Shown: piece after piece, positions 38,301 through 51,401 of the stretch
How positions within the stretch are numbered: position 1 is the stretch's first letter
How the letters are laid out: every line of letters starts with the position of its first letter
NCBI GenBank assembly: GCA_964016885.1
Contig: OZ024741.1
Location: 287,494,001 to 287,558,000, forward strand
Source: Eledone cirrhosa
Lineage: Eukaryota
Reading direction: 5' to 3'
DNA: 64,000 bases
Position numbers and translations under genes: made by a program
The notes under the pieces: generated by a model
Databases searched by the model: none
What the model saw: the letters and a program-made list of their open reading frames with translations, nothing else
Told to the model about the DNA's origin: nothing

Positions 38301-41300
38301 CGACTATTTTAAATTGTGGACAACTTATACTAGCCTTATCTAGTTCCCTGCAGAATACCCTATCTAGATACGATCTGGATGACCCGATGCGGTTTGTCCA
38401 TGTCCACATTGGCACATTCGGGTGATCCAGTCGATACCTGTCAGACAGTTCAAAATGTCTGAGCAGGTTGGTGAGGCTCTTGCACCCTCCTCCCCTATCC
38501 ACTAGCCCCACACGATCCCAGTGTGCATCCAAGATACCGTTCCAGTCGCCCACTAACACTAAAGAGCGGGACGTTCCAAGAAAGGTCTCTAGACGTCTGA
38601 AGAAATCTGGCCGTCCTGTCCCTGTTGGGGCGTAGACGGCTACTAGCCTGAAAGCATTGCCTTTGCTGCCGGTCACGTCCAGCACCACCGACTTACCTTC
38701 TGGGTCCAGGAAGATGGCCCGTATCGCGAGATCCAAGCCTCTCCGAAAAAGGACGGCAACCCCTCCCCCCGTTCCTGGACGGCTGGGAGATGCGTATACA
38801 TCGTAGCCGCCGAAGATCGGTGCTAAGTCCCGTGCCTCGGAGATTCTGGTTTCACTGATGGCCACCACATCTATGTTTAGTGACCTGAGGTCATTGAGCA
38901 GGTGACCCTGCTTCCAAGATGACCTCAGGCCACGTGCATTTATACTTCCTATTCTGAGTACATGTTGGATGAGAAACGGGGCAAATGAGAAAGGGTCACT
39001 TACCTTGTTCGTGTGGTGAAGGGACAGTAGAACCGTCCCTTTCGCTGGTCATGGGTGTTTCCAAGAGGATGTCAGTGTATATCCTCTTGGTAACCGTCCC
39101 TCTGAAGTCTCCAACTGCGTTGGGGAATTTTTGTTTTAAAGGTTTGTATTGTTCTAATGAGATTTCGATGATGCTTATTTTTGACGGGAGAGTTCTTGGT
39201 GTTGGTGGGCTGTGGTCATTTTTTTCCGTGATGTCTGTGTGCTGCTTTATATATTTTATGAGTTCTTTTTTTGCTATGTTTATGGCTGTGTACTTTTTGG
39301 GGGGAGGGGTGATTTTGTTGCCGTTTTCTTCTTGTTGCTGTTTGGTGTGTGTGTCTTGTTGTGTTTGCGTTGTTGGTGTTTGTGGTGGTGTTGCTGCAAG
39401 TTTCCTTGCTGCCTTTACCCCTCTTTGTATGCCTTCGCTTTTGGAGGGTGAATCTAAGGGTTTTTTTCTTTTTTCTTTTTTCTTTTTTCTTTTTTCTTTT
39501 TTCTTTTTTCTTTTTTCTTTTTTCTTTTTTCTTTTTTCTTTTTTCTTTTTTCTTTTTTCTTTTTTCTTTTTTCTTTTTTCTTTTTTCTTTTTTCTTTTTT
39601 GTGGCAGACTGTTTGCCACGTCACTCCCGCCTCAAACTCCATGTCGGATTCTGTGGCGTCTGGGAGGGGTATGTGCTCCACGGCTGTTGGTGGTGGTAGT
39701 GGAGCCCTCTTCGGCAATGTTGTTGCTGGTGTAGCTATTTCAAATGTAGCTATTGGTGTTGCCGCTACTGATGATGCTTCTTTAGTTATCCGTGGCCTTG
39801 GTACGGGTGCTACGGACGTTGCCCTCCTACTCACCGTAGAAGGGGCTTCTTCGTTTGTTGCCTGTCCTGCGCTTGGTAGCAGCGGACCAGGTATTGGAAG
39901 GAGAGGAGCCCTCTTCGGTGTCTTCTGCGGGCAAAAGGCCCTGAGGTGACCTTTCGACCCACAGAGATAACATTTTGGCCGTCTTCCTTCTACACTTATA
40001 GGGAGTTGAAGTCCTTCCTCAAAGTCTATGATATCGGGGATAGCCTCGATACATTCCTGGTCAGTTTGTATAAGCATTTGCATGCCTATACCTGACCAGG
40101 TCTCTCTCCCTATTTTTTCTACTTGCAGCATGGTCGCCCTGTTCTCAATTCCAGCAAGGACAGACGCGGCTAGCCAAGGTATGGGCACGTCGGGTGGGAC
40201 CTGGGTCACTTTGACCCTCACAATTTTCTGCCCGCAGTAGGAGGGCACCAAGACTAACTCCTCACTCTTTAGGGTTTCTAAAGAGTGAGACTTTGCTTCC
40301 TGTGGGGTGGCGAAAAGTACGTCTACTGTGGCGTACTTTCTGCCTCGGGTGATGTGGGTTTTGCGTGCCCAGACGCACCCCAAGGCCTTTCGGATTTGAG
40401 CCTCCGTGGCTCCCTCCACTCGATGTGAGATTTTGCTTACGGTGCGGTAAGTCACCGTTCGTAGCTGCTGGTCCTTGAAAAAATCGGGTGGAGGTTTCAG
40501 GGAAACTCTATTTGCGCTTCTTGTCACCATGGCCCTTGCGACTGCCATCTCCTCCTCTGTGACTAACACTGTCTCGATATTTCGGGCGACACCTGCATAA
40601 GAAGTGGTCCCTTTTTCAGCAGCACCACTATTGCTGCCACTACTGGTCTTACTGGTGGTGCTGAGGTCGCTATTACAGGTATCGTTGTCATTGTTGTTCT
40701 TTTCGCTGGTACAGTTGTTGGTGTTGTTTTCGTTGATACTGTTGCTGCTGTTACTGTTATTGTGGCTGTTGTTATTATTGTTGTTTTCGTTGATACTGTT
40801 CCTACTATTATTGTTGTTGTGGCTGTTGTTATTGTCATTGTTATTGTCGTTCTCGACTTTACCGCTGTTATTTTGGTTATTGTCGTTCTCGACCTTACCG
40901 CTGTTATTTTTGTTATTGTCGTTCTCGATTTTACCGCTGTTATTTTTGGTGTTGTTGTTGGTGATGTTGTTGGTGTTATTGTTGGTGTTGTTTGTGTTAG
41001 AAATATTTGTTAATTTTAAATCTGTAACAATCTTTTTTTCCTTTGTAATATTTTCGTTTATATTTACCTCCGCTGGAACGCTGTCTTGTTGACATGCTGA
41101 TAAAGTCACCCTCTCTCTGTGTTGTCTGACAGCGCTCTCTCTCTTTTTTGTGTTATCCATGTTGAAATTTTTCAAAAAGTATTTTTACACAAATACGAAT
41201 ACGAATACGAATACGACACCCCGTAAAGGGGTGCCGTATTTTTTACTAGTGAACCCCTGTATTAGGTGGGTCACTTCTTCTAAACGTTTATCAAATTTAA

Positions 41301-41387
41301 AACTTGAATAAAAGGTTTAGAACGGTTGAAAAAGAGGTAAAACGTTGAAAAAGACTGGAGGCGATAAGAAGCGTGGCTTCACCAACC
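35322..41387 (-). mobile_element. Full-length Tx1/L1-type LINE, copy 3 (diverged subfamily, decayed), flanked by (AAT)n
   Basis: ORF1 41160-38996 with CYLCGSKGHLRAFC and a frameshift in (AAAAAAG)n; ORF2 pieces with APE and RT (FADD); same AATAAAGAAATC-(ATT)n end. Confidence 0.92.
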
Positions 41388-41419
<32 letters not shown>

Positions 41420-42499
41420 GATAAGGGAAGAAGACGCACGTGGTGGTTAGAAGGTCATGAAATCGCTCCCGTAAGTTTTTGATTTTTAACATATTTAAAT
41501 CAATTGTGAAATAACAATTCTTAGTACAAATGATACATAAAGCATCTGACTCAAGTCTCAGAAAAATTCGGATCTATAATATATTGTTATATCGCTCAAA
41601 TATTCAATTTTGTATTATACATTTTATATTCAAAAAAGAAAATGGTTATAAATAGAAGAAAACCCCCTCTGTCTACACTATATAGAACAGCCAAATAACA
41701 GCAATTTCACCAACACCAGAAACTAGATAAACCACCTACCCCATCACCCCTCTGTGTACACTAAATACAACAGCCAGATAACGGCAATTCACCACCACCA
41801 CCACCAATCTCAGCATAATAATAATAATAATTACTATTATTATTGTCTCAAGTTTTAACAAAATGTTTAATTCAAATATTAAGAAAATATGTCAACACAT
41901 ATATTAAACGTACACGACAAACGCAGAGATACACATCAAACAAAACTACAGTCTATTCAACAACACTCAGTAACGACAACGCCATCACTATAGTCACCGC
42001 CGCCACCACTCCATCCATCATTGCCACCACTATCCCATCACCGCCGCCACCACTCCTTCATTGCTACCACCACTATTCCCCCATTACCTTCTGTTAACTT
42101 AAGAAAGGTGAAGGTGGCGGTATCACTAGACAAGGGAGAGGCTAGCAAAAGATAAAAATAGATTGACTTAGTGACCCGGCCACCGGCCAAACGTTAACGA
42201 CTATGGCACTGCTGGTTCCCCCTTCCCCACCAACAATAGAAAAAGCCCCAGCACCACCACCGACATAGCCATCAAAAATAACAGGCAACTTCAGCAAAAA
42301 GTATATTATATTATTGAGGTTGACTTTGCCTTTCATCCTTACGGGGTCGATAAAATAAAGTACCAGTAATGCACTGAGTATGTGCCGGCCTTGTGCCTAA
42401 ACTAGAAACAATTATTAATAATTTCATTCTTAAGCCACGCAATGCTCACATTAAGGAACTACTCATGATAATAACAATTTAAAAAACAACAAAAAAGAT

Positions 42500-44443
42500 A
42501 ACCCCGTAACCAAGAAATACCGGGATGGCGGCCGGCGGGGAATAGCCGTGTCTCTAGGGGAGGACGACCCCTCTAGTCTTGGTTGACACTCGTCCTAGAA
42601 GTGGTAACACGAAATGATTACCCCTTGGCGGATAAGGATAAAACGCGACAAAATAAAGTAAATGTCTAATGATAAAATCTCATACCGGATCGGCCGTCAC
42701 CCGGGTCAAAAAGGGCCGCGTCCCTCAGAGAGGAACCAGACAGTTGTTGAGCAAAAGTATGAAGTCCTGGAAAACAGAGTTAACATCGGCTGGAGAATCC
42801 TTGGGAGGCGTGAAGATCAAGAGAGGTATCTTCCAGGGAGATAGTCTGTCCCCTCTGTTGTTTGTCCTTGCCCTGATGCCCCTGACCATTATACTGCAAA
42901 AAGTGAGAGCAGGATACAAGTTGGGAAAGGGAGAGCTTACCATCAATCACCTCCTCTTCATGGACGATCTTAAGCTCTTCGGGAAGAGTGAGAAGGAGTT
43001 GGATGTGCTTGTTGACACTGTCCGTATTTTCAGCAATGATATATGTATGCAATTTGATATTAGTAAGTGTGGAGTCCTTGTGATGAAGAGGGGTAAATTG
43101 AGCAGAAGCAACGGAATCCAGGTACCAACAGGTGAGATGATAAAGTAAATTGACACTGAAGAAGGATACAAATATTTAGGTGTTCTGGAGGCTGATGACA
43201 TCAAGAACAAAAAAATTAAGGAATTGATAAGATCTGAATGCATTCGGAGAGTAAGGAGCGTATTAAAATGACATTTGAACAGTAGGAATGCCATAAGTGC
43301 AGTAAATTCCCGAGCTGTGTCTATTATTAGGTACAGTGCGGGAATTCTGAGATGGAATGTTGCTGAACAAAAAGAAATGGATAGGAAGACTAGGAAGCTA
43401 TTGACTATCTACAACATGTTCCACAAGAGGAGTGATGTACTTAAAGAGATCTGAAGGTGGAAGAGGTCTTATCAGCATAGAGGACTGTGTTCAGATGGAG
43501 AAAAACAACCTACACAAATACGTGACTGATAGTAGGGAGCCAATGCTCAGAATTGTACTGAAGGAGAGGACAATAGACCAGGGGATGTCCAAGGAGGAAA
43601 TAACAACAAGGAGAAAGAGCAACCTTCATGAAAAATCCCTTCATAGTACCTTCTTTGAGAAAACTGAATGCAGAGATCCACAGACATGGAACTGGTTGAA
43701 AAGAGGAGACCTTAAATACTAATGGCTGCGCAAGAGCAGGCCCTCAAAACGAAGTGGCTGAAACACCATATTTACAAGGAGGAGGCTATCCCACTGTGTA
43801 GGATCTGTGGAGAGAGAGAGGAGACTGTGGCTCACATTGTATCCGAGTGTAAACACCTAGCCCAGACTCACTATAAAGGCTGGAGACATGATGTGATGGG
43901 CAGAGTGATCCACTGGCACCTATGCAAAGTAAACAATTTACCACATTCTGAGAAGTGGTATGAGCATAAACCAGAGTCGGTGATAGAAAACGATCAGGTG
44001 AAGGTGCTGTGGGATTTTAGGATACAGGCGGACAAGAAACTGGAACACAATAGACCTGGCCTGGTGGTTTTGGACAAGGAAAAAAGATCGTGCCTGATTG
44101 TGGATGTGGCCTGCCCATTCGACACGAGAGTACAAGAGAAGGAGAAGGAGAAAATTAACCGATACCAGGACTTAAAGTGGGAGGTAAAAAGGATTTGGAA
44201 CTGCCATGAAGCCAAAGTGGTCCCGATTGTCATAGGCGCACTAGGTACTATCTCAAAGAGTTTCCAAGGATGGTTATAGAAAATTGGTCCCGCCCCGCTT
44301 TTTGGAACACTTCAAAAGGCATGCTTGCTGGGAACAGCAAGAACCCTCCGATACGTCCTGAATATCTGAGGCTGCAGGTAGTGGCTTGATATTCATTTCG
44401 ACAAACTTTCCTGTTAAATAACATCAATGACTGAGACTCAAAG
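42500..44443 (+). mobile_element. R4/Dong-type family B copy: RT-RLE half from ~42740, preceded by a GC-rich putative 5' leader; ends in (AAT)n
   Basis: GIFQGDSLSP, LFMDDLKLF, YKYLGV, CCHC and RLE motifs with stops and frameshifts. Assignment of the leader to the element is inference. Confidence 0.85.
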
Positions 44444-44471
44444 AACAATAATAATAATAATAACAATAATA

Positions 44472-44980
44472 ATAATTGTTTCTACTTTTGGCACAAGGCC
44501 AGCAAATACCCAGTGCATTACTGCTAGTTTATTTTATCGACCCCGTAAGGATGAAAGGCAAAGTTAACCTCGGCGGGATTTGAATTCACAATGGCAAGGG
44601 CCGTAACTCTAAATAATTGTTTCTACTTTTGGCACAAGGCCATCAATTACCCAGTACATTACTGGTACTTTATTTTATCGACCCCGTAAGGATGAAAGGC
44701 AAAGTTAACCTCGGCGGGATTTGAACTCAGACCGCAAAGGGACGTAACTATGCTGGAAAGCATGGCATCCGACTCTCTACCGATACTGCCAATCCACCGT
44801 AACTCTAAATAATACCGGTTTCTTATACAGGTACACGGCCATCAATTTTGGGGAGAGAAAAGTCGATTAAATCAACCCCAGTACCTCGGCGGGATTTGAA
44901 CTCAGATCATAAAGGGCCGTAACTCTATGCTGCAAAGCATGGCGTCCGACCCTCTTCCGATTTATCCAATCCACCGCCCT
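44472..44980 (-). mobile_element. Three tandem partial tRNA-headed SINE copies following an (AAT)n tract
   Basis: CCTCGGCGGGATTTGAA occurs three times; AATTGTTTCTACTTTTGGCAC 3' ends. Confidence 0.8.
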
Positions 44981-46115
44981 GGTAACAATGATAGTGATAA
45001 CAAAATACCAACATCCTTTACTAGTTTTCATAGGATGTGTAGATATATTTTCATTTGGTGAAATATCTAATACCACCGTAATTTGCTTCTGTATCTCCTT
45101 TCTCATGAGTTATTCCTCCAACGAAAACATATAGTGTCACAGAGGAGGTCTTCGTGTGATCATTCAACCAGCTAGAAATAGCAGCTGAATCTATTTCTCC
45201 CAATTTATATACAAAGGACGCATCTGATAATATATTCATGGATAAATTATATATTATGAAATAAAAGAAGCAAGGAAAGTCTTTGATCATATGCCTGCTG
45301 AATCATAGCAAAACTGAGACAGACAAAAAAAAACAGCAAAAATACAACAGTTAAAACAACTACAACAAATCAAAAGAACCACAGCCGCCACCACAATAAC
45401 AACAACACCATGACCATCACCACTAATACTACCACCACAACAACAACACTATGACCTCCAACACCAAATCCAAAACCACCACCAGAACTACAACAACACC
45501 ATGACCACCAACACCAACAGCAATAAACCACCACCACAACCACCAGCAACACTACCACCACCACAATAACAACAACAGCAATAACAACAATAATAAAATC
45601 CACCATAACAAAATCAAAAAGATTTCCTTAAAAAAACCCATTTATTTTGAGAATTATCTTGAAAAGAAAACTGTCTTATTTTCTATGCTATTGTCTACGA
45701 CTTACGATGTTTTTCAACGTAATTATACCAGAAGCGTCCTCTCAGACTCTCAGGAATTACACAAGTATCAGGCAGTAATGAATTTGTTCATGTTATTCCT
45801 CAATGTATACCAGACTGAAGCTGTTATTTTTAGTATAATATGTTTTGACATAACATAATTTAATATTTCAAGTTCATCTCCTTGACACAATTTCACTGTT
45901 TCGTCTAATATTATTAACGCCTGCCTACAGCTTGGTCATATTACTGGAATATCTGTCTCAAGTGTCCATATTCTAATGACATTACTACGGGGTCGATAAA
46001 ATAAAGTACCAGTAATGCACTGGGTATTTGCTGGCCTTGTGCCTAAAGTAGAAACAATTACTTAACTACCTATCTCCATATCTTTGTCTCTCAACCCACG
46101 CCTCTCTATCTATCA

Positions 46116-46211
<96 letters not shown>

Positions 46212-46441
46212 TCATAGTGTTATTGTTGGGGTGGTCGTATTGGTGGTGATGGTCATAATGATGTTGTAGTGGTGGCGGCTGTGGATCTTTTGATTTGTTG
46301 TATTTGTAAAACTGATAGCGTATGGTCTTCTAAATGTTTTTAATTAAACATACGGTATATTGCCAAATATACTATACATACATTCATATATATATATATA
46401 TAGGGTACGTCAAAGCTTATTTGTAAAACTGTTATATATTG

Positions 46442-46506
46442 TATTTTGTCTGATGAAGGCATACCATAATTTAATTTGGTATCCCTGAAATATGTATAAT
46501 GAAATA
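46442..46506 (+). ncRNA. Type I hammerhead ribozyme (family H3)
   Basis: UAUUUUGU-CUGAUGA-AGGCAUACCA..UGGUAUCCCU-GAAA-UAUGUA-UA/AUGAAAUA. Confidence 0.7.
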
Positions 46507-46546
46507 AATATGGTTTTATAAATATAGTTTCCATTTATTAATATCG

Positions 46547-46578
<32 letters not shown>

Positions 46579-46615
46579 CGATGGTATTAAATAAAAGCCG
46601 TCAGGCCCCGACCCT

Positions 46616-46661
<46 letters not shown>

Positions 46662-46705
46662 CGATGGTATTAAATAAATGGAAACTATATTTATAAAACC
46701 ATATT

Positions 46706-46766
46706 TATTCTATTATATATATTTCAAGGGTACCAACATTTTGGTACGCTATCATCAGATAAAATA
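46706..46766 (-). ncRNA. Type I hammerhead ribozyme (family H3, diverged inverted copy)
   Basis: UAUUUUAU-CUGAUGA-uagcGUACCA..UGGUACccuu-GAAA-UAUAUA-UA/AUAGAAUA; stem changes relative to the first copy keep pairing. Confidence 0.65.
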
Positions 46767-46949
46767 CGAAGTGTGTTTTATAAATTTTGACATAACCAAA
46801 GAAAATATACCTTAACGGTTCAAGTTTTCCTTGGATACTCCAGAAAATCTGTCGAGTGCTCAGAATCAGTTATAAACATTTATATTTGTTGAATTACCAA
46901 CAAATTGAATATCTCTTCTGCTTATATATATATATATATATATATATAT

Positions 46950-47066
46950 TACAAAGGGTCGGGGCCTGACGGCTGTGTACTTGCCATTTCAACAGCTAGT
47001 TCCAGACTCAGTCTTGAAATAGCTGTTATAACGGGAGGAGGTCAGCCGTCAGACTCCACCTCTTTA
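46950..47066. mobile_element. Small imperfect foldback (MITE-like) element next to (TA)n
   Basis: CTGACGGCTG/CAGCCGTCAG and AACAGCTA/TAGCTGTT arms; partial relatives at 46596-46618 and 52198-52250. Confidence 0.45.
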
Positions 47067-47646
47067 TAGTTTAGCCATACTCTATTATACTAAGTATCGG
47101 GTACTCTGTTGAGTAATGGTCTAACTAGTTTAAATCTGGTCCCTTCCTGATATATATATATATATATATGTTTCCTGAAAACATACCGTGTTTCTTTAGA
47201 AATACGAAATTTCTATACATATATATGTGTGTGTGTGTGGGGGGGGGGTGCGTGTGTGTGCGTGTGTGTGCGTGTGTGCGTGTGTGTGTGTGTATTTTGT
47301 TATACTTTGAGAATGACATGCTGCCAACAAAAAGAAACACACAGATCTACTGTGTTTCACTTCAATTTATAAATATAATTTCCAAGTCGGTTAGTTTAAT
47401 AACCAGGTGGTTGTTTAGTTGTTTATTGTCATCAAAGCTCTTTCATTACACATTCTGTGACCTCCTCAGTGACTACTTTTGTTTTTATTTTGTGTCTCTC
47501 CTTTGTTTTGTCCTGCACCATCTTGTTTTTGTTATATATATACATATATATATATATTTACATACACACATACATGCATGCATACATACATACATACATA
47601 CATACATACATACATACATACATACATACATACATACATACATGCA

Positions 47647-47703
<57 letters not shown>

Positions 47704-48425
47704 GTAGAACTAGTGGTTTGGGTTGCTAAATGATGATGCAATAAATTAATTAAAGTACTCAACGTTATGCAAATCATCCGTCGTAGATATGGTATGCCGT
47801 GACTGGTGCAGGAACGGAGTTAAGTACTCATTAAAGCAACAACAGAAGGCCGGACTGGAAAATTTACTTTAAAATCTTAATTCCGCGAAAGCACTATACA
47901 TATTTCGATGGCCCAACCATATCATCCGATAATTTTGCATGACTAAACGATTTCATCAGGTGTTATTTGCGGAATTATATAATAGGATTACGTTGAGCCC
48001 AAACAAAGATCACAAGATAGAAAATAGAGGACCTATTAGATTTGGAGAAAGCCTGTCAATTTGGTGTTATATCGATGGCAGACGGACCCCTAATGTCGCA
48101 CTATTAATTAATGCCAGCATTGTGGGCTGGTGAGCTTGGTGAAGAAGGTGGTGGTTGCTAATTGGTGACAGGAATACTGCCGTCTTTAGAAAATGACATT
48201 CATTAATAAGAACCAAGGATTCTCTGCCACGATCAAAGGGCATTAAACTATTGGACGTTGGCCTAAACACAAGCTTAGCGTGACGGTGTGTAGTTAAAGA
48301 GTTAAATTGCTATAGGGAGGAACAGGGGCTATGTAAATTGTAAAAATAATTAAAAGGAAATAGATAATAACAATAGAAGAAGAGTGATAAATAGTTATAA
48401 AAAGATATAAAATATTATAAAGTTT

Positions 48426-48640
48426 ATATTGGGTTGACTCATGAAAAATTTCTGTTTTAGTAAAATATTTTATTCATGAATATTTTCACAATTAATTTCA
48501 ATTAATAGTATATTCGCCATTATTTTGAATCACCTCTTGCCGTTTATCAGATAGCTTATTGATTCCTCTCAAGTCAAATTCAGCTGGTTTCGAGCTCGAG
48601 AAGTTTTCCACAAACGTTTTCACCACATCTTGATAAAATT
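48426..48640 (-). mobile_element. Mariner transposon 3' remnant
   Basis: VKTFVENFSSSKPAEFDLRGINKLSDKRQEVIQNNGEY resembles the mariner transposase C-terminus; TIR-like TATTGGGTTG end. Confidence 0.7.
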
Positions 48641-49569
48641 TATGGTGGCAGGGTAATAGTGTTGATGTGTGTTGTGGTAGTGGCGGGGTAGTCGCGGTAG
48701 TGTTATTGCTGTTGCTGGTGGTGGTGACGATGGTAACGGTGGTGATGGTGACATTGGCAGTGGTGGCAGGGTGGCAGGGTGGTGGTGTTGTTGTTTGCTG
48801 TAGTAGTAGCAGCGTGGTAGTAGTGGTAGTGTTATTCTTGTTGTTGTTGCTGGTGGTGGCAGGGTGGTAGTGTTGCTGTTGTTGCTTGTTGTGGTTGTTT
48901 TTGCTGTCGTGGTGGTGATAGTCGTAGTAGAGGCTGTAGTGGATTGCCAGGATCATTAGAATGTCAGATAAAATGCTTCGCGGTACTGATTTACTAGTCA
49001 TTACATTCTGTGTTCAAATCCGGATTAGGTCAACTTTTGACTTTCATTCTTCCGGTGTCAATAATATAGACCCAGTTAAACACTGGGATCGATATAATCG
49101 ACTTTGTCCCTCGCCAAAGCTGCTGGCTTTGTGTCCAAATTAGAAACCATTATTAGAATCAATATTTACTGCTCTTACAATCAGCATCTCTCAACGTCGG
49201 AACAGAAGGTTTTGTCGACAACAAGAACATCATCAACAAGTTACAACATTGAAACCATTTCTAAAATTTACAGGACGTTAGCTCCATGTTCGTTATCGCT
49301 TGAGGAAATTTATTTTAGACGTTTCTTTGTGATATTAATTTGGTTAAAGAGAATCGATTATTTCGACGCCAGCATATCTCGATATTTAAAACTTGCATTG
49401 AAATGTTAACGACCATAATAATTCAAATCTTAATAAAGTATGTTTTACAATAGTTCGGAGACGGTGGCTATTTCAAAAGACGGAAGTAGAACTAGTTCTC
49501 AGTTCCAAAAATAAACTGAAATATATGAAATAAAACCACTAAAACAAACCTTAGATAGATATTATAAAT

Positions 49570-49845
49570 AGACAGTGGTTAAGATATTTGGCTCATGACC
49601 GTAAAGTCATGAGTTCAATTCTCAACGGTGTGCTGTGTCCTTAATCAAGATATTTTATTTCAAGTTGCTTCATGTCAGTCAATACAGCTGTCAAAAGTGA
49701 ATCGTAGCTGTTATTCAAATGGCCCGTCTTGTTACTCTCAGCGGCGCACTGAATCTCCCTGAGAACTACGTTAAAGGTACATATGTTTGTGGAATTGTCA
49801 GCCACTCGCACGTTAATTTCATGAGCAGGCTGAAACGTTGGTCAA
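49570..49845 (+). mobile_element. Diverged tRNA-headed SINE, second family
   Basis: GTGGTTAAG..GAGTTCAATTC..GTGTCCTT; related to 50300-50420. Confidence 0.55.
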
Positions 49846-50171
49846 ACTATAACACCACCACCGCAACAATATATATATATTTATTTACTGTAACAACACC
49901 ACCGGAACAACACATGTGTGTGTTTGTGTGTGTGTGCGAGCTAGTGAGTGAGTGTGTGTCATGAGTTCTATAGTTTTTATGTGAATATCATAGAGGGAAT
50001 TATCAGCAATTGCTGCTCTCACACGAGAAGCTATAAATATGAATTCCATTAGAACGACCTAATACGAAACCAAGACATAAAAACACAATACACCTACATC
50101 TAGTTAAACAGTTAACAGAGCTGAAATGATCATGGACATTCTAAACACACACACATCGTAAAGGCGTACGT

Positions 50172-50203
<32 letters not shown>

Positions 50204-50299
50204 GGGTCGATCGACTTTAGTCAAATCGGACCGAGGAAACAATGTTTCCTTTGGTCTTTCCAGTTGCTACTAATATCTATCGGTCACAACTCCAGGTAG

Positions 50300-50420
50300 A
50301 AGGAGCAACGTGAAAAATAGTGTCTTGCTCAAGGACATAACGCATCACCCGGTCCAGGAATTGAACTCACAACCTCAAGATTGTGAATCCAATTCTCTAA
50401 CCACTTAGCCACACGCCTTC
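50300..50420 (-). mobile_element. tRNA-headed SINE 5' part, second family
   Basis: Minus: TGGCTAAGTGG A-box, GAGTTCAATTCC B-box, GTCCTTGAGCAAGACACT. Confidence 0.65.
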
Positions 50421-50529
50421 ATATATGTATATGTATATATATATATATTTAAAACAATACCGTATGGTCTTCAAAATGCTTTTAATTAAGCATACATTGT
50501 ATTGCAAAATACACTATATATATACATTC

Positions 50530-50719
<190 letters not shown>

Positions 50720-50844
50720 TGTATATATATAGTGTATTTTGCAATACAATGTATGCTTAATTAAAAGCATTTTGAAGACCATACGGTATTGTTTTAAAAT
50801 AGTGACAATGTCACTTATTTAAATTTTCAGCAAACAGGGGAGAT

Positions 50845-50891
50845 AAACTGACAGAGCTCTGTTTCGTACTTTTTGGTACTTATCAAAGCTC
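50845..50891 (-). ncRNA. Minimal type I hammerhead, U3-A8 core variant (family H4)
   Basis: Minus: GAGCU-UUGAUAA-GUAC-caaaaa-GUAC-GAAA-CAGAGCUCUG-UC/AGUUU. Confidence 0.75.
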
Positions 50892-50969
50892 ACTACTCCT
50901 CCTGTTTGCTGAAAATTATGTGTGTTGGATTCTTATAGAATTCCACTAATAATCAGGAACTGATTATAT

Positions 50970-51016
50970 AGAGTTTGATAAGTACCAAAAAGTACGAAAC
51001 AGGGTTCGGTCAGTTT
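50970..51016 (+). ncRNA. Hammerhead family H4, degenerate inverted copy
   Basis: UUGAUAA-GUAC..GUAC-GAAA-CAGGGUUCGG-UC/AGUUU; stems I and III are weakened. Confidence 0.55.
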
Positions 51017-51249
51017 ATCTCCCCTGTTTGCTGAAAATTTAAATAAGTGACATTATCACTGTTTTAAAACAATAGCCCATTGTCTTAGAAATGCTTTTAA
51101 TTAAGCATACAGTGTATGGCAAAATACACTATATATATACATTCATATATGTATCGCTATTTCAGAGCACCAATTCTAATATATATATATATATATATAT
51201 ATGTGTATATATATATCTATATATATATATCTCTATATATATATCTATA

Positions 51250-51325
<76 letters not shown>

Positions 51326-51351
51326 CTCTGAGAGTTTGGCAGGTGAACAGT

Positions 51352-51401
51352 GAACTGTACTGATGAAGAGTGATACCCAGAAACATTAGTGTCTGCAGTT
51401 C
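51352..51401 (+). ncRNA. Type I hammerhead ribozyme (family H5)
   Basis: GAACUGUA-CUGAUGA-agagugauaccca-GAAA-CAUUAGUG-UC/UGCAGUUC; 8-bp stem I. Confidence 0.8.

Noticed and set aside
47790-48280. Possible very decayed LINE RT fragment
   Set aside because: Only vague motif echoes across frameshifts; not supportable by eye.
50300-50420. tRNA gene
   Set aside because: A/B boxes run into a SINE body and no complete cloverleaf is evident.
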